A stretch of DNA of 64,000 nt from contig JACWAF010000026.1 in NCBI GenBank assembly GCA_014874185.1, positions 15,256 through 79,255 of the forward strand, read 5' to 3'. Shown here piece after piece: positions 45,789 through 55,522 of this stretch (the first letter of the stretch is position 1; each line of letters begins with the position of its first letter). The translations under genes and the position numbers were made by a program. The stretch is from Nitrospirota bacterium. Lineage in GTDB: Bacteria; Nitrospirota; Thermodesulfovibrionia; Thermodesulfovibrionales; JdFR-88. Below the pieces are notes generated by a model, which saw only the letters and a program-made list of their open reading frames with translations, was not told the DNA's origin and made no database searches.

Positions 45789-46766
45789 ATGTCCGATGCA
45801 GGGATCATAGAAGAAATATTGCGCCTTAAGAAGGAAAGGCGCGCCATCATCATCGCCCATAACTACCAGCGCGAAGAGGTGCAGGAGATAGCCGATTTCA
45901 CCGGCGACTCTCTGGAGCTGTCGCGCACGGCATCCACCATCGACTGCAGCGTGATCGTCTTTTGCGGCGTGAACTTCATGGCCGAGAGCGCCTCCATCCT
46001 GAGTCCCGAGAAGACCGTGCTCCTTCCGGAACTTGGCGCCTGCTGCCCCATGGCGGACCTCATCCGGGTAAGCGGCCCGCGGAAGCCCTGGGAGAGCTAT
46101 CCCGGATACAAAGAGCAGCCGAAACTCATCTTCCCGATAGACTACTCCCTGAACGATATAAAAAAGGCATATCCGGGCGTGCCCGTGGTGGCCTACGTGA
46201 ACACCACGGCTGAGATAAAGGCCAACGTGGACATATGCTGCACCTCGGCCAACGTGGTGAAGGTGATAGAGTCCATTCCGGGGGACGAGGTGATCTGCGT
46301 GCCGGACAAGAACCTCTCCATGTGGGCGCAAAAGAACACAAAAAAGAAGGTCATCGCGTGGGACGGCTTCTGCCACGTGCATGACAGAATAAGGCGGGAG
46401 GACGCCTTGCGGGCCAGGGAAGAGCACCCCAATGCACTCCTGATGGCCCACCCCGAGTGCAGGCTTGAGGTGCTGGAGGTGGCCGACCACGTCACAAGCA
46501 CCTCCGGGATGCTCCGCTACGCAAAGAGCTCACCGCATAACGAATTCATAGTGGGCACGGAGACCGGGCTCATGTACAGGCTGAAAAAAGAAAACCCGGG
46601 AAAGATATTTCACCCCCTCCGCAAGGACATGGTCTGCCCGAACATGAAGAAGACCACCCTGCAGAGCGTGCTTCGGGCCCTGAAAGAAAACGTGAACGTG
46701 GTGAAGGTGCCCGAAGATATCCGCGTCCCCGCCAAGCGCGCCCTGGACAGGATGTTGGCCCTCTAG
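45789..46766 (+). CDS. nadA: quinolinate synthase
   Basis: Contains 'RAIIIAHNYQREEVQEIADFTGDSLELS', 'FCGVNFMAE' and 'HPEC'. The length is typical. Confidence 0.9.
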   Translation: MSDAGIIEEILRLKKERRAIIIAHNYQREEVQEIADFTGDSLELSRTASTIDCSVIVFCGVNFMAESASILSPEKTVLLPELGACCPMADLIRVSGPRKPWESYPGYKEQPKLIFPIDYSLNDIKKAYPGVPVVAYVNTTAEIKANVDICCTSANVVKVIESIPGDEVICVPDKNLSMWAQKNTKKKVIAWDGFCHVHDRIRREDALRAREEHPNALLMAHPECRLEVLEVADHVTSTSGMLRYAKSSPHNEFIVGTETGLMYRLKKENPGKIFHPLRKDMVCPNMKKTTLQSVLRALKENVNVVKVPEDIRVPAKRALDRMLAL

Positions 46767-46916
46767 CCCCAACCGCTTGGAGAATAGTTTTATCTTCTCA
46801 AGAATGCACCTTGTCTCTATTTCTTTGGCCATAGCAGCTTTTCCGCATACGTCATGTTATTCTGAGGTGTTGGATAGCACTTTCAATTATTTATCGTAAG
46901 GAATCATATTCCTTTT

Positions 46917-47160
46917 AAAAATCCCCCTCCATCCCCCTTTTTCAAAGGGGGATAAACAGGATTATACCGGTCTTTTTGAGCTTTTTGGCTTTTTTGGACT
47001 TTTTTAGAGTTCCCCTCTTTAAAAGAGGGGTGAGGGGAGATTTCCGAATGTTAAATATATTCCAAATCTTCTCTATACCCGCACCGAAATTTTCAAATAG
47101 TTCTCTGAGAGGAGTATTTTTTTAAAATCCCCCCTCACCCCCCTTTGCCAAAAAGGGGGC
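46917..47160. repeat. three copies of the 'F3' C-rich hairpin repeat
   Basis: 46917-46956 is ATCCCCCTCCATCCCCCTTTTTCAAAGGGGG. 47010-47045 is an inverted copy. 47124-47160 is ATCCCCCCTCACCCCCCTTTGCCAAAAAGGGGG. Confidence 0.8.
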
Positions 47161-47245
47161 ATATGGAAATGTTTTTTCCTTATCCACACGATTGCCTGAA
47201 TAACCCGAGAAAGTTCTAATCTTCTGCAGTATATTCCAGCCGTTC

Positions 47246-47254
47246 TGATATAAT
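47246..47254 (+). promoter_or_regulatory. extended -10 promoter element TGATATAAT, 6 nt before the ATG of the TrmH-family gene
   Basis: A perfect TGnTATAAT. The A of the ATG at 47261 sits where a transcription start is expected, so the mRNA is a leaderless candidate. Confidence 0.4.
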
Positions 47255-47260
47255 TTGCCC

Positions 47261-48055
47261 ATGCGTGCGCCCGTAATAGAAAGCCGCGAGAACCCGAAGG
47301 TCAAGGCCGCGATAAAGGCAAGGAAGTCCCCCTCCAGGGGCGCCTTTTTCATTGAGGGGCCAAACCTCATTGAGGCCGCATTTAGAGCGGGGGCCGGGCT
47401 CGACCCGGTCTTTTTCACGGCCCCGTTTACGGAGAAGGCGAAAGGAAAAGACCTCTTAAAAGAGATATCAAAGAGGGCGGAGTGCTTCGAAATCCCAGAA
47501 AGGCTCATGGCAAGCCTCTCGGGGACCGAGGCGCCGCAGGGGATCGCGGCAATCGCCTCCTGTAAGGAAGTTCTATTAGAAGATATTTCATTCAGGGGGA
47601 TGCCCCTTCTTGCGGTCTCGGCGGGGATAAAAGAGCCTGGAAACCTGGGCGCTCTGATAAGGACGGCGGATGCCGCCGGGGCGGACGCGGTGATAGTGCT
47701 TTCAGGCAGCGTTTCCCCTTATAACGGGAAGGCCCTGAGGGCCACGGCGGGAAGCTTCTTCAATCTGCCGGTGACAGGGGCGGATTTCAAAACGTTTCAA
47801 CTCTGGCTTGAAAGGACGGGCATAAAGCTGTGCGCCACACTGCCCGATGCCGAAAACTCCATTTATGAAACAGATTTAAAAATCCCTCTCGCCGTCTGCT
47901 TTGGCGAGGAGGCGCACGGGATAGGGCGGGAGATTATAAAGAGCGCGGATATTTCGGTGCGCATCCCCATCCTCGGAAGGGCCGAGAGCCTTAACGTGGC
48001 CGCCTCCAGCGCCGTGGTGCTCTATGAAGCAATCAGGCAGAGAGGCGAGATCTAA
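47261..48055 (+). CDS. TrmH/SpoU-family RNA 2'-O-methyltransferase (RlmB-like)
   Basis: Contains 'SRENPKVKAAIKARK...FFIEGPNLIEAA', 'PGNLGALIRTADAAGA', 'FGEEAHGI' and 'IPILGRAESLNVAASSAVVLYE'. An alternative TTG start is at 47255. Confidence 0.85.
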   Translation: MRAPVIESRENPKVKAAIKARKSPSRGAFFIEGPNLIEAAFRAGAGLDPVFFTAPFTEKAKGKDLLKEISKRAECFEIPERLMASLSGTEAPQGIAAIASCKEVLLEDISFRGMPLLAVSAGIKEPGNLGALIRTADAAGADAVIVLSGSVSPYNGKALRATAGSFFNLPVTGADFKTFQLWLERTGIKLCATLPDAENSIYETDLKIPLAVCFGEEAHGIGREIIKSADISVRIPILGRAESLNVAASSAVVLYEAIRQRGEI

Positions 48056-48094
48056 TTAAAACCTATCTCAAAATTAAATCCTTGTTTTTTGGTT

Positions 48095-48243
48095 GTCATT
48101 CCGGGCTTGACCCGGAATCCAGATTCAAAAATGCCTTTCTGTAAAGGCCTACAGACTGGATTCCCGCTTAAGGACCGCGGGAATGACAAGTCGCTGGATT
48201 CCGGCTGGAGTTTATCCCGTACCCGATACAGGGCCGGCACGAC
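48095..48243. repeat. three 'F1' hairpin repeats (GTCATTCC[C/G]G...C[C/G]GGAATC type)
   Basis: The copies are at 48095-48120, 48156-48187 (inverted) and 48188-48243 (long-loop variant with the AAGTCGCTGGATTCC extension). Confidence 0.8.
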
Positions 48244-48379
48244 AGAATTTTTTTACGATGGCCGATTTGAGATAGGTTCCAGATAAAAAATCCGGATTTC
48301 TTTTTCCCCGGTTTTGAAATCTGCTATATTTATGATTATTTTCTGTTTGATCCAATAAATCTTCGAAAGAGGTGCGAAT

Positions 48380-49453
48380 ATGGCTGATCCAACTCTTGAG
48401 CTGCTGAGGGAGTTGTCCGAAGCGCCGGGGATATCGGGCTACGAGCGCGACGTGCGCGAGATCGTCCGGAGGCAACTGGGCGGAATTACGAGCATGGAGC
48501 AGGACAAACTGGGCAGCATCGTTTGCAGAAAGGATGGGGACGCCGAATCCCCTAAAATAATGCTCGCCGGGCATATGGACGAGGTAGGGTTCATCGTCAA
48601 ACTTATAACCGATGAGGGGTTCATGAAATTCAGCCCGGTGGGCGGCTGGTGGAGCCATGTCATGCTGGCCCAGCGTGTATCGATCAAGACCCGCAGCGGG
48701 GATGTAACAGGGGTGATTGGCTCCAAGCCCCCCCATGTCTTGAGTGACGAGGAAAGAAAGAAACTCCTGGAGATCAAGGATATGTATATAGATGTCGGGG
48801 CGGCCTCGGCCGATGAGGTCAGGGCGCTTGGCGTGAGGCCCGGAGATCAGGTTGTCCCCATCTCGCCCTTCACTGTCCTGGGCACCGGGAAGACTTACCT
48901 GGGCAAGGCCTTCGATAACCGGGTTGGATGCGCCCTGATGATAGACGTGGTCAAAAATCTGGCGGGCGGGCGTCATCCGAATACGGTCTATGCCGTTGGC
49001 ACCGTGCAGGAGGAGGTGGGCCTCCGGGGCGCCCGCACCAGCAGCTGGGTTGTGGAGCCCGATGTCGGCCTGACCATGGAGGTGGCCATTGCGGGTGATG
49101 TGCCCGATGTCAAGAAGGACGAGGCCCAGGCCAGGCTTGGAAAGGGCCCGGTCATCCTCATGCGGGACGGCTCGATGATCCCCAACCTGAAATTGCGCGA
49201 CCTGTTCATCGACACCGCGGAGGAGATGAAGATCCCGTATCAGGTGGACATGATGGAGCGGGGCGGAACAGATTCCGGCGCCATCCATCTGCACCGGAGC
49301 GGGGTCCCGAACCTCGTTGTCGGGGTCCCTACCCGGTATATCCACAGCCATGCCGGAATTCTGCACAGGGAGGACTATGATTACACTGTCAAGCTTATCA
49401 CTGAGGTCGTAAAAAAGCTGGATAAAACGGCCGTGGCGGGATTGACGGAGTAG
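48380..49453 (+). CDS. M42-family aminopeptidase (FrvX/PepA-like)
   Basis: Contains 'LLRELSEAPGISGYE', 'GHMDEVGF', 'AFDNRVGCA', 'VQEEVGLRGA' and 'RYIHSH'. Confidence 0.85.
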   Translation: MADPTLELLRELSEAPGISGYERDVREIVRRQLGGITSMEQDKLGSIVCRKDGDAESPKIMLAGHMDEVGFIVKLITDEGFMKFSPVGGWWSHVMLAQRVSIKTRSGDVTGVIGSKPPHVLSDEERKKLLEIKDMYIDVGAASADEVRALGVRPGDQVVPISPFTVLGTGKTYLGKAFDNRVGCALMIDVVKNLAGGRHPNTVYAVGTVQEEVGLRGARTSSWVVEPDVGLTMEVAIAGDVPDVKKDEAQARLGKGPVILMRDGSMIPNLKLRDLFIDTAEEMKIPYQVDMMERGGTDSGAIHLHRSGVPNLVVGVPTRYIHSHAGILHREDYDYTVKLITEVVKKLDKTAVAGLTE

Positions 49454-49459
49454 GGGGGA

Positions 49460-50860
49460 TTACAGAATTAATTTTCCATTAAGAACTTTCAATCTATCCG
49501 CCATTTCCCCGGCGAAATCCGACAGGGTCTCGTCGCGCGCGCCAAGGACGAAATAGCCCTTGACCTTGTCAGTGCCGTTAAGTTTTTTCAATACTTCTCC
49601 CCTGGTCTTCACTTGCGCCCTCTTCCCATTCGCCCGGACGCCTTCGGCAATATCTTCGCTTGAGATGCCCCTGCTCACCGTCCCGCCCGCATAAAAGATG
49701 GGAAGGAGGATCAATTCGTCGTCCTCCCTCAGCCCTTCCGCGAAGGCCTCTATATACTCGTCCCGCATCATGCGGGTGGGCGCGTAACCGTGCGGCTGGA
49801 AGATATAGGCGATAGAGGGCGCAAGCTTCCGGGCCGCCTCCATCAGGGCCGCAATCTTATGAGGATTGTGGGCGTAGTCGTCTATGACGAACCCCCGCCC
49901 GTTATTTAAATGTATATCGAACCGCCGCTCTATCCCGCCGAATTCCGGAAGGAAACGGGCTATCTCCCTCATGGGAGAGCCAAGCTCCGAAAGGACCGCA
50001 ATGGCCGAGAGCGCGTCATAGAGGTTATGCCTTCCGGGGGCGTTCAGGCGCATCGGCTCCCCTTCAAGTGAGAAATCCGTATAAAAGGGGTGGAATGAAA
50101 TATCCGCAGCGCGGTAATCGCAGTCCCGCTTTATTCCGAACGTTACCGGTTTTTTAAAATTCAGCTTTATAAGGTTTTCATCGTCCGGGTTCACGAAAAG
50201 AAGGCCGGTTGTGTTCCGCGCCAGGGTCTCGAAGAGCCCGCCCGTCTTCTCTACCCTGTGGTGGTCAAGGGCGAGGTTAAGGAATACCGAATGCAGGGGC
50301 TTGTAATCGATTATCGTGCCGTCCGACTCGCAAGCCTCTATCACCAGCCAGCGCGAACCCACCCCTTTATCCCCTCCAGGGAGGGGACTGCCCGCCAGGT
50401 AATTGCCCGGATTATTTTCTGTGCGGAAATTCTTTACCCTTCCCCCGCCGATAAAGTTGGGGGCAAGGCCGAGCCTTTGCATAAGGAAGGCCAGGAGGCC
50501 GCTTGTAGTGGATTTGCCGCTTGTGCCCGCCACGGCTATGGTATCGAACTTCTCTACAAGGCCGGCCAGGTACTGCGGCCTTGTATTAATGGGGATTCCA
50601 AGTTCTTTCGCCGTGATCATCTCAGGGGTATGGGCCTCGACGGCGGTGGAGAAGACGGCGAGGTTAATTGTCGAATCCATACCGCTTCCGTCCTGAGGGA
50701 CTATCCGGATCCCCTTTTTCAATAGCATCTTGAGGACAGGGTGGTCCGGGTTGGTATCGAACGCCCTGTCAGAGCCTGAAACGGTATGGCCCCTGTCCTG
50801 TGCGAAGCAGGCCAGGGCCGATACCCCGCTGCCCCCTATGCCGGAGAAGAATATCTTCAT
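49460..50860 (-). CDS. Mur ligase family protein (MurC/Mpl-like)
   Basis: Contains 'FSGIGGSGVSALA', the P-loop 'VAGTSGKSTT' and 'VIEACESD'. It is not in a dcw cluster. It carries a 12-aa repeat-derived insert (see finding). Confidence 0.75.
   Translation of the reverse strand: MKIFFSGIGGSGVSALACFAQDRGHTVSGSDRAFDTNPDHPVLKMLLKKGIRIVPQDGSGMDSTINLAVFSTAVEAHTPEMITAKELGIPINTRPQYLAGLVEKFDTIAVAGTSGKSTTSGLLAFLMQRLGLAPNFIGGGRVKNFRTENNPGNYLAGSPLPGGDKGVGSRWLVIEACESDGTIIDYKPLHSVFLNLALDHHRVEKTGGLFETLARNTTGLLFVNPDDENLIKLNFKKPVTFGIKRDCDYRAADISFHPFYTDFSLEGEPMRLNAPGRHNLYDALSAIAVLSELGSPMREIARFLPEFGGIERRFDIHLNNGRGFVIDDYAHNPHKIAALMEAARKLAPSIAYIFQPHGYAPTRMMRDEYIEAFAEGLREDDELILLPIFYAGGTVSRGISSEDIAEGVRANGKRAQVKTRGEVLKKLNGTDKVKGYFVLGARDETLSDFAGEMADRLKVLNGKLIL
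50356..50389 (-). repeat. F2-family repeat copy embedded in frame in the Mur ligase CDS
   Basis: The coding strand reads AGTCCCCTCCCTGGAGGGGATAAAGGGGTGGGTT, against F2 AGTCCCCTCTTGGGAGGGGTGCAGGGGTGGGTT. The stem CCCCTC/GAGGGG and both flanks are conserved. It encodes SPLPGGDKGVGS. Confidence 0.65.
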
Positions 50861-50898
50861 AGAGTTTAATTTTACATTAAAGGGTGGCTTTCTTTTCC

Positions 50899-51315
50899 GT
50901 CATTCCCGCGAAAGCGGGAATCCAGATTTGATGTTTTTTACTTTATTATGGGGCTCCGCCCCATACCCCGGTTACCTTTCTTGCCCACCCAGGAAAGGTA
51001 ACCCAAAGAAGGGCGCCCCCGAAAATTCCGTAGAACATAAATACGGGGCTAAAGCCCCTTGGGGTCTCGGTCGGCTCCGCTAAAATTTTTCAAACTCGCC
51101 CCTTTCGGGGCTCAGACACGAAAAATTTAAAAGCCTTGCGGGGCTTGCGCCCCTTTAATCGCTCCGCCCTCCCTCACCTGCCTGAATTTTCGAAGGGGAC
51201 CCCACATGGAATCAAAAGAAAATTTCATATTAAAAAGAAAGGAATTACTGGGAAAATTTAATGATCTGGATTCCCGCTGGAGTCTACCCCTACTTGATAC
51301 GGAGCGGGAATGATC
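50899..51315. repeat. intergenic repeat/hairpin cluster
   Basis: F1 at 50899-50925. Hairpins TATGGGGC-TCC-GCCCCATA and GGTTACCTTTC...GGAAAGGTAACC (11-bp stem). Several GGGGC/GCCCC hairpins. A long-loop F1 at 51266-51315. Confidence 0.75.
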
Positions 51316-51326
51316 GAAAATAATCT

Positions 51327-51791
51327 TTATCTCGCTGTCCTAAGGAAAACAAACAGATGTTTCTTGTGATTGCCTGAGTGCGGCATTGCGGGAACGGAAA
51401 CTTTTTTAACGGCGGTCTTCCTCGCCGGGGCTTCAAGAGACCGCAATACCTCGTCCAGGCGGAAGGGTTTTCTAATCACCGAGTCCGCGCCGTATTTAAG
51501 GCAGAGGTTTCCTGCTCCGGCCTGGTCCGATGTTATCATAATCACTTTCGCCCCCGGCCAGCCGGCCTTTATCCGGCAAACGAGGTCCACCGGGCCCATG
51601 TCAGGAAGGTACTCGTTTATGAAGACGGCGCCAAAAGGCCTTGAATCCAGAAGGGAAATGGCCTGCCTGGCGCTTTTCACCGCCCGGACGGACTGGAACC
51701 TCTCCCTGAGCGCGCCCTGCAGATAACAGACCACCATCTGGTTTTCGGCCACTATAAGGGCCGGACCGCTGTTTCCCTCCCTCACCCGCAT
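51327..51791 (-). CDS. stand-alone receiver-domain protein with Asn at the phospho-acceptor position (pseudo-receiver)
   Basis: Only the last 154 codons of track ORF 51327-52754 look real. There is an ATG at 51791 with a GGGAGG SD. The CheY-like fold reads 'ALIVAENQ...AVFINEYLPDMGP...VIMITSD...IRKPF'. Confidence 0.65.
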   Translation of the reverse strand: MRVREGNSGPALIVAENQMVVCYLQGALRERFQSVRAVKSARQAISLLDSRPFGAVFINEYLPDMGPVDLVCRIKAGWPGAKVIMITSDQAGAGNLCLKYGADSVIRKPFRLDEVLRSLEAPARKTAVKKVSVPAMPHSGNHKKHLFVFLRTAR

Positions 51792-51920
51792 TGATGGATT
51801 ATACCTCCCGCAATTAAAGGTTGTAAATACGCTTTTTACAATCCCGCATGGGTTGCAAGCAACCCTTTCATCCCCCCTTAAGTTAAGGTTCTTCCGGCAA
51901 TTGCGTGGAAGCCGGTCTTT

Positions 51921-52013
51921 ATCCCTCCCCTTTGGCAAAGGGGAGGTTAGGAGGGTTACCTTCAGTTTGCTTGATAACTCCCCCTCATCCCCTCTTATTT
52001 TAAGAGGGGGAAT
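51921..52013. repeat. two F3 hairpin repeats in opposite orientation
   Basis: 51921-51959 is CCCTCCCCTTTGGCAAAGGGGAGGTTAGGAGGG. 51978-52013 is CTCCCCCTCATCCCCTCTTATTTTAAGAGGGGG. Confidence 0.8.
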
Positions 52014-52220
52014 AATACCCAACACAAATCTCTGAAGAACCTGAATCAAGGGGAGGCAGGGGGGGGTAATAATTGTGTTTTCAATGACTTTTGTAATAAA
52101 ATCAATATGGCGCCTCTCCAATCCCGCCGGGATCTCTAAAACAATTTGGTGCCCTTTATTGGTTTTTTGAAAATTGTCCATTTGTGATTTAAGCTTTACA
52201 AAAGGAGGAACAGATCTTAA

Positions 52221-53465
52221 ATGCTTAAGACCGTCGAGGAAGTAAGCCCGACTAAAAGAAGGCTGGTCATAGAGATCCCCCCGGAGGAGATAGAGCGGGA
52301 GATAGCGGGCGAGTTGAGCAGGCTGAAAGAGCGCACCAGGCTGCCCGGGTTCAGGCCCGGCAAGGCCCCCATGGGCCTCATAGAGAAGAAGTTCGGCAAG
52401 GATGTGGAGGGCGAAGTGCTCCAGAAGCTGATACCGAAGCACTATTCCCAGTCCCTCACCGAGGCCGGGCTGAAGCCGGTGGCTAACCCGGTCTTCGAGG
52501 ACTCGGGCCAGTTCAAGCGGAACGAGCCCTTCAGCATGACCCTCCTCGTGGAGGTCATGCCCAAAATAGAAGGCCTCTCGTATGAGGGCATCCCGATTAA
52601 GGATGTTGAGATAACCGTAACGGATAAAGAGATAGAGGATATCATAGCCGGGCTCCGCGAGGACAGGGCCGTGTTCGAGCCCACGGAGGAGCCGCTTTCG
52701 GAGGGCGACCTCGCCGTGATGGATTATGAGGTGCCCGAGGAGAACCAGAAGCATGAGGGGCAGGTCTATAAGCTGGGCAGCCCCGGCATGCCGGAGGAGT
52801 TCTCAAAAGGGCTCATCGGGAAAAAGAAAGGCGATGTATTCGACCTGAAAGTGAAGTTCCCGGAAGGCTACGAGGACAAGGAAGCGGCAGGAAAGGAGCT
52901 TACTTTCCATATAAGCCTTAAAGACGCCAAAAAGGTGAAGCTTCCGGAATTGGATGAAGGATTCGCGAAGGAGCTTGGCAGGACGGACCTGGCCGATCTG
53001 AGGGGGCATGTGAAGGAGGAGATCGGGAAATCCAAGGAGAACGCCCTCAAGCGGATGCAGAAGGCCGAGGTCATGAAAAAGCTGGTCGAGACCTATGATT
53101 TCCCCGCGCCGGAGAGCCTGGTGGAGCGCGAACTCAATCAGCTTGCGGAGGAGGCCGTCTCGTCCGGCCAGGCGGCAAACCCCGATGAGGCGAAAGAGAA
53201 ACTTCGGAGCGCCGCGGCAAGAAACGTGAAAGCAAGCCTGTTGCTTGATATGATAGGGGAAAGGGAAAAGGTCGGCGTCAGCGAGGAGGAGATACGGCAG
53301 AAGGTGGCCGACCTCTCCAGGCGCCTCTCGATTGCGCCCGAGAACATAATAAAGTACTATGTTTCAAGGCACGGCTCTCTTGAGTCCCTGAAAAACGCCG
53401 TCTACGAGGAGAAGGTCCTGGACCTTGTCCTTCAAAAAGCAAAAGCGGAGAAAGATGAAAAATGA
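52221..53465 (+). CDS. tig: trigger factor
   Basis: Contains '[13 protein letters not shown]' and '[11 protein letters not shown]' (ribosome-binding signature GFRxGxxP), with an FKBP-like middle domain. Confidence 0.95.
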   Translation: MLKTVEEVSPTKRRLVIEIPPEEIEREIAGELSRLKERTRLPGFRPGKAPMGLIEKKFGKDVEGEVLQKLIPKHYSQSLTEAGLKPVANPVFEDSGQFKRNEPFSMTLLVEVMPKIEGLSYEGIPIKDVEITVTDKEIEDIIAGLREDRAVFEPTEEPLSEGDLAVMDYEVPEENQKHEGQVYKLGSPGMPEEFSKGLIGKKKGDVFDLKVKFPEGYEDKEAAGKELTFHISLKDAKKVKLPELDEGFAKELGRTDLADLRGHVKEEIGKSKENALKRMQKAEVMKKLVETYDFPAPESLVERELNQLAEEAVSSGQAANPDEAKEKLRSAAARNVKASLLLDMIGEREKVGVSEEEIRQKVADLSRRLSIAPENIIKYYVSRHGSLESLKNAVYEEKVLDLVLQKAKAEKDEK

Positions 53466-54058
53466 GCATAATACCGATGGTTATAGAGCAGACGGGCCGC
53501 ACGGAGCGGGCCTACGACATATATTCCAGGCTCCTCAAGGACAGGATCGTCTTCCTGGGCACGCCCGTTGACGACAATGTAGCTAACACGATAATCGCCG
53601 AGCTTCTCTTCCTGCAGAGCGAGGACCCGGAAAAGGACATCCACATTTATGTAAACTCACCGGGCGGAAGCGTAACGGCGGGCCTTGCCATTTATGATAC
53701 GATGCAGTTCGTAAAACCCGATATCGCCACCTACTGCATAGGGCAGGCGGCCAGCATGGGCGCCCTGCTTCTGTGCGCGGGGGCGAAGGGGAAGCGCTTT
53801 GCGCTGCCTAATTCGAGGATGATGATCCACCAGCCCACGGCAGGATTCCAGGGGCAGGCGACGGATATAGCTATTCATGCCAAGGAGGTCCTGAACATGA
53901 AGGAACAGCTCAACAGGATAATGGCCTTCCATACCGGGCAGCCCATCGAGAAGATAAACGAGGACACGGACCGCGACTTCTTCATGAGCGGCGAGGAGGC
54001 CAAGGTTTACGGGCTGGTCGATGAAGTGATAAAATCAATCAAGACCAACAGCAAATAA
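53462..54058 (+). CDS. clpP: ATP-dependent Clp protease proteolytic subunit
   Basis: Contains '[16 protein letters not shown]', the active-site Ser in '[11 protein letters not shown]' and His in 'MIHQP'. Confidence 0.97.
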   Translation: MSIIPMVIEQTGRTERAYDIYSRLLKDRIVFLGTPVDDNVANTIIAELLFLQSEDPEKDIHIYVNSPGGSVTAGLAIYDTMQFVKPDIATYCIGQAASMGALLLCAGAKGKRFALPNSRMMIHQPTAGFQGQATDIAIHAKEVLNMKEQLNRIMAFHTGQPIEKINEDTDRDFFMSGEEAKVYGLVDEVIKSIKTNSK

Positions 54059-54073
54059 CAAGGAGTTCAGATA

Positions 54074-55312
54074 GTGGCAAAGAAGGAAAGCACCGATTAT
54101 AAATGCTCGTTCTGCGGCAGGGGACAGGACGAGGTAAGAAAACTCATAGCCGGGCCCACCGTCTTCATATGCGACGAATGCGTGGGGCTCTGCAACGAGA
54201 TAATCGCCGATGAGCTTTACACGGAGGACAAGGGACAGGGCGCCCTCCCCAAGCTCCCCACCCCGAAGGAGATAAGCCAGTTCCTTGACGATTATGTGAT
54301 CGGGCAGGAGAGGGCGAAGAAGATACTCTCCGTGGCCGTCTACAACCACTACAAGCGCATATACAGCCCGTCGGACACGGATGTGGAGTTGCAGAAGAGC
54401 AACATCCTCCTCATCGGCCCCACCGGCACCGGCAAGACCCTCCTGGCACAGACCCTTGCCAGGATGCTGGACGTGCCGTTTACGATAACCGACGCCACCA
54501 CGCTTACCGAGGCGGGCTATGTGGGCGAGGACGTGGAGAACGTGATCCTGAAACTCCTCCAGGCCGCGGACTACGATGTGGAGAAGGCCCAGAGGGGCAT
54601 AATCTACATAGACGAGATAGACAAGATTAGCCGCAAATCGGACAGCCCTTCCATAACCAGGGATGTCTCAGGCGAAGGCGTGCAGCAGGCCCTCTTGAAG
54701 ATAATCGAGGGCACAATGGCCAACATCCCGCCGCACGGGGGCAGGAAGCACCCGCAGCAGGAATATATCCAGGTGGACACCACTAACATACTCTTCATCT
54801 GCGGCGGGGCATTCGTGGGGCTTGACAGCCTGATAAAGCAGCGCACCGGGAAGCGCACACTGGGCTTCGACCCTCGCTCGGGCGCGAAATCCGAGGCCAC
54901 TATGGGCGAGGTGCTCGCCTGCGTGGAGCCGGAAGACCTGATAAAGTACGGCATCATCCCCGAGTTCGTTGGCAGGGTGCCGGTGGTGGCCACGCTGGAG
55001 GAGCTTGACGAGCAGGCCCTGGTGAGGATCCTTACCGAGCCGAAGAACTCATTGGTGAAGCAGTACCAGAAGCTCTTCTCTCTGGACAATGTGCGCCTGA
55101 GGTTCACTGAAAGCGCCCTGAAGGCCATAGCCAGGAGCGCCATACAGAAGAAGACCGGCGCGCGCGGCCTGCGTTCGATACTGGAGGGCGTGATGCTGGA
55201 TGTAATGTACGAGATCCCGTCCGAGAAGACGATAAAGGAATGCGTGGTGAACGAGGACGTGATAGAGAAAAAGGAAAGGCCCCTCCTCATCTATGAGAGG
55301 CAGTCCGCCTAG
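54074..55312 (+). CDS. clpX: ATP-dependent Clp protease ATP-binding subunit ClpX
   Basis: Zinc-binding '[26 protein letters not shown]', Walker A 'GPTGTGKT' and 'IIYIDEIDK'. The start codon is GTG. Confidence 0.97.
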   Translation: MAKKESTDYKCSFCGRGQDEVRKLIAGPTVFICDECVGLCNEIIADELYTEDKGQGALPKLPTPKEISQFLDDYVIGQERAKKILSVAVYNHYKRIYSPSDTDVELQKSNILLIGPTGTGKTLLAQTLARMLDVPFTITDATTLTEAGYVGEDVENVILKLLQAADYDVEKAQRGIIYIDEIDKISRKSDSPSITRDVSGEGVQQALLKIIEGTMANIPPHGGRKHPQQEYIQVDTTNILFICGGAFVGLDSLIKQRTGKRTLGFDPRSGAKSEATMGEVLACVEPEDLIKYGIIPEFVGRVPVVATLEELDEQALVRILTEPKNSLVKQYQKLFSLDNVRLRFTESALKAIARSAIQKKTGARGLRSILEGVMLDVMYEIPSEKTIKECVVNEDVIEKKERPLLIYERQSA

Positions 55313-55401
55313 AAGATAAAGCGCCGGCAACCTGGGCGGAGCAAACGGGGTCCCCGAAAAGCCGCCAGGCTTTTGGGGCGGAAGCCCCGATAAGTTCAGA
55401 A

Positions 55402-55435
55402 AGAGAGCCGCCTTCGGGCGGCTCTCTTGTTTTTT
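55402..55435 (+). terminator. intrinsic terminator after clpX
   Basis: AGAGAGCCGCC-TTCG-GGCGGCTCTCT followed by TGTTTTTT. Confidence 0.85.
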
Positions 55436-55460
55436 AATGAAGGCTTTATTACCTTGATCC

Positions 55461-55491
55461 GTCATTCCGGCAATCTTAAGCCGGAATCCAG
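55461..55491. repeat. F1 hairpin repeat
   Basis: GTCATTCCGGC-AATCTTAA-GCCGGAATCCAG. Confidence 0.8.
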
Positions 55492-55522
55492 AAAATTTAT
55501 CCGGTTAATTTCTTCTCAGGCG

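Noticed and set aside
46917-47160. Possible CRISPR array (recurring C-rich hairpin units with spacers)
   Set aside because: The units are non-identical, occur in both orientations and are irregularly spaced. The same family is scattered singly elsewhere (51921, 55785). No cas genes are present.
51792-52754. N-terminal two thirds of the 475-aa minus-strand ORF 51327-52754
   Set aside because: This part runs through F3 repeat elements (51921-52013) and then antisense to the trigger factor gene. Only the C-terminal 154 codons, which have their own ATG and SD, form a recognisable receiver domain.
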